DNA from: an uncultured Spirochaetota bacterium
GTDB lineage: Bacteria > Spirochaetota > Spirochaetia > SZUA-6 > Fen-1364
Direction: 5' to 3'
Length of the DNA stretch: 64,000 nt
NCBI GenBank assembly: GCA_963745235.1
Contig: CAVUXE010000091.1
Span: 1 to 64,000, forward strand
Positions 8,922 to 17,256 of the stretch are shown here, piece by piece. The translations under genes and the position numbers were made by a program. Below the pieces are notes generated by a model, which did no database searches, had not been told where the DNA came from, and was given only the letters and a program-made list of their open reading frames with translations. Each line of letters opens with the position of its first letter. Within the stretch, counting starts at the first letter, position 1.

Positions 8922-10856
8922 CTACCCTACTTCCGTCCTGCGTTTGATGTGGTAGATGGGGTAGCTCCCGAAGCTCTTCGGCAGCACGATGACCCCGACA
9001 TAGCGGCAGTCCAGCCGGTTCCTTGGATCAGTGAGAAGAAGCGCGGCAAAAGATTCACTGGCGTAGACGTTCCCCGGGCTTGTGATGGGCTCGATGCGCG
9101 CGGCCTGGTTCACGTGAAAGCCGAAGACGTTCAGCCGGTTCAGGAGCGGCTCCTGGACGCAGTACACGGGCCCCGCGTGGAGCCCGATCCTGACGCTCAG
9201 GGACCCGGGCAGGTTGAGACGGGCCCAGTCGGTCTTGCGCACCATGTCCCGCAGGGAAATTGCGCACTCGGCCGCCATCAGGGGATCATCGAACGCCAGG
9301 CAGATGGCGTCCCCCCACGTGTTCTTGTACAGGGGTTCCGCGCCAGAGGCTCGAAGCGTCCGCGATACGCCGGTGAGGAATCCCTTGACGTACGCGGGAA
9401 CCTGCTCCTCCGACAGCTTGCTGTATCCCACCATGTCGGCAAAGAGGATGGCCACCGTCTGGCGGCCTTTCCCGGACCCCTCGTGGTGAGGAACGGCCCC
9501 CGAGGAATCCCGTGCCTTTCCGCCACGTGATTGCACCCTGGCGGTCAGCGGATTGATGACGACATACGGGAAGCCGGTCTGCTGCCACAACGTGACGCAC
9601 TCCGATGTCCCGCCCGGCTTCCCGTTGTGCTTTCCGTCCCACACCGCAACCAGGAGCGTCTCGGTCTCCAGGAAACGACTGCGGAGGATGGCCTTGCCCA
9701 TGATGAGCTGGTTTGCGTAGGAGAACAGGATCTCGTTGCCGCTGCGATATCCCCCCCGGGTGGCTTGCTCGACCATCGAGCCTTTTGCAAGGACAGCCCG
9801 CGCGCGTTTCTTCCACGCGGCTCCGGCGAAGCTCACGCTGGTCTCGAAGAAGTCCTCCTTGTCGAAAGGAAGCACAACGTTGCTTTCTCCCCCGCGGGCA
9901 AGGAGGCATTCGTGAAACAGGATGTCGGCTCCGCAGGCAGCGGAGGCGTAGCCGATGCTCGCGTTCAGCTTCGAAAGAAGCGACGCAATCCGCTGCTTCA
10001 CAAGACCGGCTGAGGACTGCGGAAAATGGGGGTTCCCCTGGTCCGGGGCGTCGATCATATGGCCGGTGAAGGCGATAACCGGGGGGACCCGCAAGGTCTC
10101 CAGCACGCTCGGGTCGACCGGGGTATAGCGCGCCAGGAGCGAAAGCTGCCGCCGGGTGCTTGCCAGGTTGGAATAGTTTCGAACGCTTCTTGCCCGGGCG
10201 AGCCGGTAGAACTTTGCCGCCCGTTCCTGGCGCCCCAGGAGGACGAACGCCTCCGCCACCGTTGCCATGATCCAGTAGCCGCGCTGGGAAGGGTCTTTCA
10301 GGAGATCCGCGCAGATCCGCAGCACCTGCCGGGCAACCCGCCGGGAGAGGTCCTTGTCTCCCATGATCAGGCTCAGGCTTGCCGCGTTGATCCCGGAGTA
10401 GTACCCGCGGCTCCTGCGAAAGGCCCCGAGATACAGCTCGCGGGACTTCGCCAGGTGGGGATGTTCCGGCGCCCCCTCACCCTCTATCAGCCACATCTCC
10501 TTGTAGACCCTGCCCAGGATCCCCAGGGTCTCCTCGTCGTAGTGGCCGTCTTTCATCAGCCGGGTGAGCAGGTCCTTGGCAGTGAGAAGAAAACCGCACT
10601 TGATCAGGGAGAGGCAATAACGCTGCGTGATCAGGAGGTGCCCGGGGAAAACGCGCAGCCCTTCCCTCAGGATGTCGTGCGCAAACATCGACTGCCCCAG
10701 GGTGTCCGCCCTCTCTCCGAGACGGAGAAAATAGTACGGGTCCTTTGTCCAGAGCGCCTCGTCCTTCGAGTCCCACAGGACATGGATGACCTGGCCGAGC
10801 CGGCTCCTGTTGCGTTTCAGGAAACTGTCGAAGCGATCCCTGTTCTGTTCCTTCAT
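8922..10856 (-). CDS. TPR (DUF4071/TRAFs-binding-like) + SLOG-like + class III nucleotidyl cyclase
   Basis: ETLGILGRVYK..YYSGINAA..YWIMAT.AEA helical region; AFTGHMID..SAACGADILF..VVLPF..AVWDG..GGT Rossmannoid; ILFADMVGYS..WGDA..RIGLHAGPV..VNQAARIE cyclase. Confidence 0.85.
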   Translation of the reverse strand: MKEQNRDRFDSFLKRNRSRLGQVIHVLWDSKDEALWTKDPYYFLRLGERADTLGQSMFAHDILREGLRVFPGHLLITQRYCLSLIKCGFLLTAKDLLTRLMKDGHYDEETLGILGRVYKEMWLIEGEGAPEHPHLAKSRELYLGAFRRSRGYYSGINAASLSLIMGDKDLSRRVARQVLRICADLLKDPSQRGYWIMATVAEAFVLLGRQERAAKFYRLARARSVRNYSNLASTRRQLSLLARYTPVDPSVLETLRVPPVIAFTGHMIDAPDQGNPHFPQSSAGLVKQRIASLLSKLNASIGYASAACGADILFHECLLARGGESNVVLPFDKEDFFETSVSFAGAAWKKRARAVLAKGSMVEQATRGGYRSGNEILFSYANQLIMGKAILRSRFLETETLLVAVWDGKHNGKPGGTSECVTLWQQTGFPYVVINPLTARVQSRGGKARDSSGAVPHHEGSGKGRQTVAILFADMVGYSKLSEEQVPAYVKGFLTGVSRTLRASGAEPLYKNTWGDAICLAFDDPLMAAECAISLRDMVRKTDWARLNLPGSLSVRIGLHAGPVYCVQEPLLNRLNVFGFHVNQAARIEPITSPGNVYASESFAALLLTDPRNRLDCRYVGVIVLPKSFGSYPIYHIKRRTEVG

Positions 10857-10918
10857 GCCACGGCCCGGCGGCGGACTGTCAGGACACTATATCTGGTTTT
10901 TCCAGCGCGGACCATCTC

Positions 10919-11767
10919 TCAGGTCTTCGGCTCAGGGGAAAAGCTTACCGTGTTCTTTCCCCTCACTTTCGAGGAGTACATCAGGTCGTCCACCTGCTTG
11001 AGAAGCTCATCCACTCCCAGCTTCGGATCGGCGACCGTCAAAGCCCCGATGGACACGGTGACCGGCCAGCCCCGGCGGCCCATTTCGAGGAGCAGGCTTT
11101 CCCGCAGCTTCCCGATTGCCGGCTGTGCGGCTCTCTCATCCGCTTCGGGGAGGAGGAGCGCGAACTCGTCTCCGCCCAGCCGCGCAACGATGTCGGTGCT
11201 GCGCGCATGGCTCCGCATGACGGACACGACGGTCTGGAGGAGAAGGTCGCCCGTGTTGTGACCCTGGGAATCGTTGACCGCCTTGAAATTGTCCAGGTCG
11301 ATATACGCAAGTGTAAACGGCCGTTTGTACCTGCGGGAACGGTCGATCTCGGACCGCAGGATTTCAAGGAAAGATCGCGCGTTGGCCGCGCCCGTGAGAT
11401 GATCGATGCGGGCAAGGGATTTTTCATGCTCGATGGACCTTCGCAGCGCGGAAAAAAGGAGCGCCGTGGTGCTCAGAATGGCCGCGCGAGTTCCCGCGTG
11501 CCAGAAGATGTAGAAGGGGCTCGAGTACTTCTGTCCGGCCAGCAGGTCGGCTGACACCCACACCGCCGCGCTGAGCAGGGCCCCTGCCAGCCCGGGCCAT
11601 CTTCCGGTCGTCCACGCCACAAGGGAGACGGGGACAAGGTACAGGAGGGACAGGGACAGCTCGTAGCCGGTCGCGTAATCAAGGACGCCGATGGCCAGGA
11701 TGAGAGAGTAGCCCACAAGGAGGGCGGTGGATGTTCGCCACTGTGTGAGATCCTTTGGCGGCTTCAT
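10919..11767 (-). CDS. membrane-anchored diguanylate cyclase (GGDEF)
   Basis: About four TM segments, then DLDNFKAVND..GH..GD and RSTD..ARLGGDEF. Confidence 0.92.
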   Translation of the reverse strand: MKPPKDLTQWRTSTALLVGYSLILAIGVLDYATGYELSLSLLYLVPVSLVAWTTGRWPGLAGALLSAAVWVSADLLAGQKYSSPFYIFWHAGTRAAILSTTALLFSALRRSIEHEKSLARIDHLTGAANARSFLEILRSEIDRSRRYKRPFTLAYIDLDNFKAVNDSQGHNTGDLLLQTVVSVMRSHARSTDIVARLGGDEFALLLPEADERAAQPAIGKLRESLLLEMGRRGWPVTVSIGALTVADPKLGVDELLKQVDDLMYSSKVRGKNTVSFSPEPKT

Positions 11768-11827
11768 TCCGTTGGTTCATTGTCGGCAGAAAAGCAAAAG
11801 CGTCCAACCATGGTATAGTATTGAGAG

Positions 11828-12175
11828 ATGACGGCGCGCATGACGTTCCGGGCAGGGCTTGTGCTCTTTTCCGTCCTGCTTTCCGCCTGCCAGCTCCTTG
11901 GCGGCGGCACCCAGGTCCGCTTTCTGAACTCCACCACCTTTGTCCTGGCGACTATTCAGCTCGGCCCGCTGGTGGACAACTCCTCCCTCGCATCCATGGC
12001 GGAGACCAGCTACTTTTCCATCGTTCCCGGCCAGAACGTGCTGACCGCGGAAAGCCAGACCGGCACGTGGACCAATGGGATCCTGCTCTCCATCGTCGCC
12101 GGCCACAGCTACACGGTGACCTTTTCCGGTGCCGCCTTCTCATCCATGACCGTCGAGATGATGGCGGACAACTGA
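11828..12175 (+). CDS. small hypothetical lipoprotein
   Basis: Hydrophobic signal ending in LLSAC lipobox; beta-rich mature part; extended -10 TGgTATAGT 8 nt upstream of the ATG. Confidence 0.7.
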   Translation: MTARMTFRAGLVLFSVLLSACQLLGGGTQVRFLNSTTFVLATIQLGPLVDNSSLASMAETSYFSIVPGQNVLTAESQTGTWTNGILLSIVAGHSYTVTFSGAAFSSMTVEMMADN

Positions 12176-12216
12176 CAACTTCTGCCTTGCGCGAACCCAT
12201 GATTCATCGTACTCTT

Positions 12217-12408
12217 GGATGCGTTGCAGGAGAGCCCCCGACCCTGCGGGGAAGGGGCACCGAAGGGGCAAGCCCCGAGTGGGGGGCGAATCTCTCAGGT
12301 ACAAGGGACTGCAATGCGACGAATCCTGGAGAGCTCCGCGGCGCCGCGGACACCGAAGGGGACAAATCCCTCTGACGGAGGGATAATCTCTCAGGTCAAA
12401 AGACAGGA
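12217..12408 (+). ncRNA. tandem glycine riboswitch (two aptamers)
   Basis: Two copies of GGAGAG...CACCGAAGG.(G/A)CAA...AATCTCTCAGGT; P1 GCGTTGCAG/CTGCAATGC; leader GGAT complementary to the linker end ATCC (GACGAATCC). Confidence 0.94.
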
Positions 12409-12445
12409 GGAAGGCAGAGCCGACCGGCGCGCCTTCCTCTTTTTT
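12407..12445 (+). terminator. intrinsic terminator, expression platform of the glycine riboswitch
   Basis: GAGGAAGGC...GCCTTCCTC stem followed by TTTTTT; the 5' arm overlaps the 3' end of aptamer 2. Confidence 0.8.
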
Positions 12446-12470
12446 GTGCCGGTGGCGGAAGGAGAACCCG

Positions 12471-13769
12471 ATGGCAGTGCTGTCGAAACGGATCGGGCTG
12501 CTGGACACGGAGAACGCATTCAAGATCGGGCCGAAGATACGCGCAATCGAAGACCAGGGGAAGAAGGTCATCAAGTGCAACCTGGGTGAGCCCGATTTCC
12601 CGGTTCCGGGCTTCATCAAGGAAGAGGTCAAGCGACAGATCGACCTGGACAACACCCACTACTGCGATCCTCAGGGCATCCTTCCCCTGCGGGAGGCGGT
12701 CGCCAGGCATTTCCGTGAGACGCGGGGCATTGACGCTGACCCGGGAAGGGTCGTCGTCTTTCCGGGAGGAAAACCGCCCATTGGCCTGAGCCAGGAGGCC
12801 TACTGCGATCCGGGGGACGAGGTGATCTACCCCAGCCCCGGGTACCCCATCTATGAGTCGTTCACGCGGTACGTGGGCGCCCGGCCCGTGCCGGTTCACC
12901 TGAAGGAAGAGTCGGGATTCTCCCTGTCCGGAGCGGACATCGCCGCTGCAATCACCCCGCGGACCAGGATGATATTCCTCAATTTCCCCTCCAATCCGAC
13001 CGGGGGGGTCGCCTCGAAGGAGCAGCTTGCAGACATAGCGGGCGTCATACGGCGAAAGTGCTCCCCCGACGTGCGAGTCTATTCGGACGAAGTCTATGAG
13101 CACATCATCTTCGACGGGTCTCGCCACCAGAGCATCATCTCCATTCCCGGCATGGAGAAGATCACGGTGCTGGTCAGCGGGGCGTCGAAAAGCTTTTCCT
13201 GGACGGGTGGCCGCATCGGGTGGGCCCTTTTCCCGACGGTGGAAGAAGCCGAGACATTCAAGAACCTCAACATCAACTACTTCTCGTGCGTTTCCCCCTA
13301 CAACCAGGAAGGATCGCGGCTGGGGCTCGAGTCGCCGCTTGCGCGGGAGGCCATCCGGGGGATGGTGAAGGCGTTCCAGGAGCGCCGGGACATGATTGTG
13401 CCCGGACTTTCCTCCATTCCCGGCGTCCGCTGCCAGAACCCCGGGGGCGCCTTCTACGTGTTTCCCAACGTGAGCGGCATGTGCGAGCATCTGGGGGTTT
13501 TCGACGCGTACAAGGCCCTCTCCCCTGATGTTCGCGCTCTGACCACGCCGTCCACCCTGCTGCAGATGTTCCTGCTCTTCGAGTACCAGGTGGCGACCAT
13601 GGACAGGAAGTCCTTCGGAAGGATCGGGACGGAAAGCATGCACTACCTCAGGATCTCCATAGCCACTGACCTGGAGTCCCTGAAGCAGGCGGTGGCGCGC
13701 ATCCGGGAGGCCGCCCAGGACGTGAAAGGATTCGCGAAGTTCATGGAGAAAGGGCAAAACCTGTACTGA
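12471..13769 (+). CDS. PLP-dependent aminotransferase class I/II
   Basis: LGEPDF, NFPSNPTG, SDEVYE, SGASKSFSWTGGRIG (PLP lysine), GAFY; SD AAGGAG before ATG 12471. Confidence 0.92.
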   Translation: MAVLSKRIGLLDTENAFKIGPKIRAIEDQGKKVIKCNLGEPDFPVPGFIKEEVKRQIDLDNTHYCDPQGILPLREAVARHFRETRGIDADPGRVVVFPGGKPPIGLSQEAYCDPGDEVIYPSPGYPIYESFTRYVGARPVPVHLKEESGFSLSGADIAAAITPRTRMIFLNFPSNPTGGVASKEQLADIAGVIRRKCSPDVRVYSDEVYEHIIFDGSRHQSIISIPGMEKITVLVSGASKSFSWTGGRIGWALFPTVEEAETFKNLNINYFSCVSPYNQEGSRLGLESPLAREAIRGMVKAFQERRDMIVPGLSSIPGVRCQNPGGAFYVFPNVSGMCEHLGVFDAYKALSPDVRALTTPSTLLQMFLLFEYQVATMDRKSFGRIGTESMHYLRISIATDLESLKQAVARIREAAQDVKGFAKFMEKGQNLY

Positions 13770-13781
13770 CGGGAGGATGCC

Positions 13782-16133
13782 ATGGGAATCTCTTTCGCTC
13801 CTCGCAGGGGGATCTTCATCAACATCCAGGATGAAGCGAGCCCCGCGGTCTCTTCAGAAGAGCTTGCGGTCCTCGAGAGGCTGGACCTCATCTACCGGTC
13901 CCTGTGCGCCATGCTGTACAACTACGTCCCCACCTCGGGACACCCGGGCGGCTCAATATCTTCCGGCAGGTTCGCCGCAAGCCTCGTGTTCGACGCAATG
14001 GACTATGACGCCTCAGACCCCGACAGGGAGGATGCAGACCTCCTGGTTTACGCCGCGGGACACAAAGCGCTCGGGCTGTACTCGCTGTGGGCCATCCGCA
14101 ACGAGGTGCTGCGCGTCGGGGCCCCTGCCCTGCTCTCCCCGAATGAAAGCCGCCAGCTGCGCCTGGAAGACCTTCTGGGCTTCCGCAAGAACCCCGCCGG
14201 AATGACCCCCCTGCTCCGGAAGCTTCACGCAAAAGCCCTGGACGGGCATCCGACCCCGGCGACACCGTTCGTCCGTATTGCGACCGGCGCTTCCGGGGTC
14301 GGGCTTGCGGCCTCCGTCGGGCTTGCGTTCGGCGCGCTTGACCGCTACGGCCCCAACGCTCCGCGCATCCACGTGGTGGAGGGAGAAGGAGGCATGACCC
14401 CGGGAAGAGTGTCAGAAGCGATGGCCGCGGCCGGAACCTCGTCCCTTTCGAACCTGTTCCTCCATGTGGACTGGAACCAGGCCTCTATAGACTCGAACCG
14501 CGTGTGCAGGAACGGCGATATGCCGGGGGAATACGTCCAGTGGAACCCCATGGAGCTCGCCTGGCTGCACGACTGGAACGTCATCCAGGTCCCTGACGGC
14601 ATGGACTTGCTTCAGATCATTGCGGCGCAACGGAGGGCAAAGACCATAGACAACGGCCAGCCGACTGCAATTGTCTATCGGACCGTCAAAGGCTGGCGAT
14701 ACGGCATTGAAGGCCGGGCATCCCATGGTGCCGGGCACAAGCTGTGCGCTGACGGCTATTTCGACGCCCTGCAGCCTCTTCTCGAAGGGACGCGGATCCA
14801 GCTCCCCCGCTGCACCGCGGAAAACCAGAGATGCGCCGGCGGCAAGGAGGCAGGGGTCATGGATCACTGCTTCTGGGAAGCGTTGTCCCTCATTCGATCT
14901 GAGATCGAGAAACCGGGTCCCTTGGTGGGCATGCTGTCCGGGAAGCTCCTCCAGGCGCGGGACCGCCTGGAGGGCAGGAAGCGGGCCCCGCGAAGCAACG
15001 CGCCCGACGTAACGGCGGTCAATTCAGTTGCCAGGTCCCGAGGGAAAACGATGCCGGAAGAGCTCATGCTGCCGCCGGGCGGCATAACGACCCTCCGCGC
15101 GGAGCTTGGCCGGGCGCTGAACTTCTACAACAAGGCAAGCGGCGGCGCCCTGCTTGCAGCCTCCGCTGACCTCATGGGCTCGACGAGCAGCAACACGATA
15201 GGCGCCGGGTTCCCGCAGGGGTTTTTCAACGCGAGCGCGAACCCCGCGGCCAGGCTCCTTTCCCTGGGCGGGATCTGCGAAGATGCCATGGTTGCCACCC
15301 TCAGCGGGATCTCCGCGTTCGGGCACAACATCGGGGTCGGGTCCTCCTACGGAGCCTTTCTTGCCCCTCTGGGCCACGTGGCGGCGAGGCTGCACGCAAT
15401 TGGCGGCCAGGCCAGGCGCGCCGTCACCGGCGAGCCGTACAACCCCATGATCGTCGTGTGCGCGCACGCAGGACTGAAGACCGGGGAGGACGGGCCAACC
15501 CATGCGGACCCGCAGCCGCTCCAGCTCCTTCAGGGCAACTTCCCGCGGGGGACGATGATCACCCTGACGCCGTGGGACCCCCAGGAAATCTGGTTTCTCC
15601 TGGCAGCGGCGCTCGTGAAGCGGCCGGCCGTCATTGCGCCGTTCGTAACGCGGCCCAATGAAACGGTGATCGACCGAAAAGCGCTGGGCCTCGCGCCCGC
15701 GCACAGCGCGGCATCAGGCGTCTACAAGCTGAAACCCGCAAAGGGCAGGAGACCCGACGGGACTGTCGTGCTTCAGGGAAGCGAAGTTGCGTATGCTTTC
15801 GTCCAGGAAACCCTTCCCCTCGCGGAGAAGGAAGGGCTGGACCTGGAGGCCTACTACGTGGCCAGCGCGGAGCTCTTCGACCTGCTCCCGGCCGCGCAGA
15901 AGGAGAAGATCTACCCCCAGAAGACGGCTTCCGCGGCAATGGGGATCACCGGATTCACCCTGCCAACCATGGACCGCTGGATAACGGGCGAAAGAGGACG
16001 GGCCGCCACGCTGTATCCCTTCCAGAAGGGGCACTACCTGGGAAGCGGCCAGGCGGACAAGGTCATGCGGGAGGCGGGGCTCGACGGCGCAAGCCAGCTC
16101 AAGGCAATCAAGAGGTTCATCAAGACCCGATGA
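13782..16133 (+). CDS. transketolase-like ThDP enzyme (divergent)
   Basis: SGHPGG, AGH, GHP, GEG-x28-N ThDP motif, SADL, GICE, GEDGPTH; SD GGAGG, 12 nt after the upstream stop. Confidence 0.85.
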   Translation: MGISFAPRRGIFINIQDEASPAVSSEELAVLERLDLIYRSLCAMLYNYVPTSGHPGGSISSGRFAASLVFDAMDYDASDPDREDADLLVYAAGHKALGLYSLWAIRNEVLRVGAPALLSPNESRQLRLEDLLGFRKNPAGMTPLLRKLHAKALDGHPTPATPFVRIATGASGVGLAASVGLAFGALDRYGPNAPRIHVVEGEGGMTPGRVSEAMAAAGTSSLSNLFLHVDWNQASIDSNRVCRNGDMPGEYVQWNPMELAWLHDWNVIQVPDGMDLLQIIAAQRRAKTIDNGQPTAIVYRTVKGWRYGIEGRASHGAGHKLCADGYFDALQPLLEGTRIQLPRCTAENQRCAGGKEAGVMDHCFWEALSLIRSEIEKPGPLVGMLSGKLLQARDRLEGRKRAPRSNAPDVTAVNSVARSRGKTMPEELMLPPGGITTLRAELGRALNFYNKASGGALLAASADLMGSTSSNTIGAGFPQGFFNASANPAARLLSLGGICEDAMVATLSGISAFGHNIGVGSSYGAFLAPLGHVAARLHAIGGQARRAVTGEPYNPMIVVCAHAGLKTGEDGPTHADPQPLQLLQGNFPRGTMITLTPWDPQEIWFLLAAALVKRPAVIAPFVTRPNETVIDRKALGLAPAHSAASGVYKLKPAKGRRPDGTVVLQGSEVAYAFVQETLPLAEKEGLDLEAYYVASAELFDLLPAAQKEKIYPQKTASAAMGITGFTLPTMDRWITGERGRAATLYPFQKGHYLGSGQADKVMREAGLDGASQLKAIKRFIKTR

Positions 16134-16151
16134 GGCTCCGCTCTTATTCGA

Positions 16152-16181
16152 TTGACTGTCGGAGGAGGCGATCGCTATACT
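16152..16181 (+). promoter_or_regulatory. sigma70-type promoter of the sugar ABC operon
   Basis: TTGACT-18 nt-TATACT. Confidence 0.65.
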
Positions 16182-16238
16182 AGAAAGGGCGCGTTGTGCG
16201 CTCCATCTCATCAATTCCAAAAGGCAGGAGGTTTCGAA

Positions 16239-17174
16239 ATGAGCAAGAAACTGGTTCTGCTCCTCGTGCTGTCCCTGGCGCTTCCGCTGGCCGTTTTTGC
16301 GGGGGGACAGAAGGAGGCGGCTCCGGCGGGCGGGATGCTCAGGATCGGCCTGACGTTACCGGGACTGCAATTCCCGTTCTTCGTGACCATGAAGAAGGAC
16401 TTCGACCTGGAGGCGTCGAAGCTGGGGGTGGACGTCATTTACGTGGACGCCCAGAATGATTCCGCCAAGCAGCAGGCCGCCGTGGAAGGGTTCATCTCCC
16501 AGAAGGTGAGCGGAATCCTCATCTCCCCCATGACGGTGGACTCCCTCGTGCCGGCAATCGAGGAAGCGGCGAAAGCCGGGATCCCCGTTGCAACCGTTGA
16601 CCGCAAAGCCAACACGGACAAAGTGCTCGTGCACGTCGGCGCGGACAACGTTGAGGGCGGCCGCGCGGCAGCGCGCTACATTGTGAAGATGCTGAACGGC
16701 AAGGGCAACATCATCGAGCTGGAAGGGACCCCGGGAGCCTCTCCCGCCATCGACCGCAAGAAAGGCTTCGATGAGGTGATTGCCCAGAACCCCGGCATGA
16801 AGATCCTCGTCAGCCAGACCGCGCAGTTCGACCGGGCCAAGGGCCACGACGTCATGGAAAACCTCATGCAGGCGTACCCGAACTTTGACGCGGTGTTCGG
16901 CGCCAACGATGAGATGATCATCGGGGCCATCGAGGCGATGTCCGCGGGCGGCATCGATCCTTCAAAGAAAGTGACGGCCGGCTATGACGCAACTCCCGAC
17001 GCGTTGACCTACATCAAGGAGGGAAAGCTGGGGGCAACGGTGGACCAGTTCCCTGGGAAGCAGGCGGCTCAGGCTCTCGACTACCTGGTCAACTACATCA
17101 AGAGCAAGACCATGCCTCCCCAGCCGGTGATCTACATCCAGCCGCAGACTGTCACCAAGGATACCATGATGTAG
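16239..17174 (+). CDS. monosaccharide ABC transporter substrate-binding protein (RbsB-like)
   Basis: Signal peptide ending FAGGQKE; PFF, DAQND, VGADN, ANDEM, GYDA motifs; SD AGGAGG. Confidence 0.9.
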   Translation: MSKKLVLLLVLSLALPLAVFAGGQKEAAPAGGMLRIGLTLPGLQFPFFVTMKKDFDLEASKLGVDVIYVDAQNDSAKQQAAVEGFISQKVSGILISPMTVDSLVPAIEEAAKAGIPVATVDRKANTDKVLVHVGADNVEGGRAAARYIVKMLNGKGNIIELEGTPGASPAIDRKKGFDEVIAQNPGMKILVSQTAQFDRAKGHDVMENLMQAYPNFDAVFGANDEMIIGAIEAMSAGGIDPSKKVTAGYDATPDALTYIKEGKLGATVDQFPGKQAAQALDYLVNYIKSKTMPPQPVIYIQPQTVTKDTMM

Positions 17175-17205
17175 GGCGGCATCGCTTCCTTTCTGGACAT
17201 CTCAC

Positions 17206-17233
17206 GGCCGACGCTTGCGAGCGTCGGCCTTTT
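17206..17233 (+). terminator. hairpin/terminator between binding-protein and ATPase genes
   Basis: GGCCGACGCT-TGCG-AGCGTCGGCC followed by TTTT. Confidence 0.65.
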
Positions 17234-17256
17234 CGTTTACTATGCGCGGACACGAG

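Noticed and set aside
8289-9530. 413-aa plus-strand ORF with RRAGF repeats
   Set aside because: Antisense shadow of the polybasic TIR tail and the cyclase.
7871-10856. Calling the operon canonical Pycsar, Thoeris or CBASS
   Set aside because: No cNMP-binding domain on the TIR, no sirtuin or macro effector, no CD-NTase; the architecture matches none exactly.
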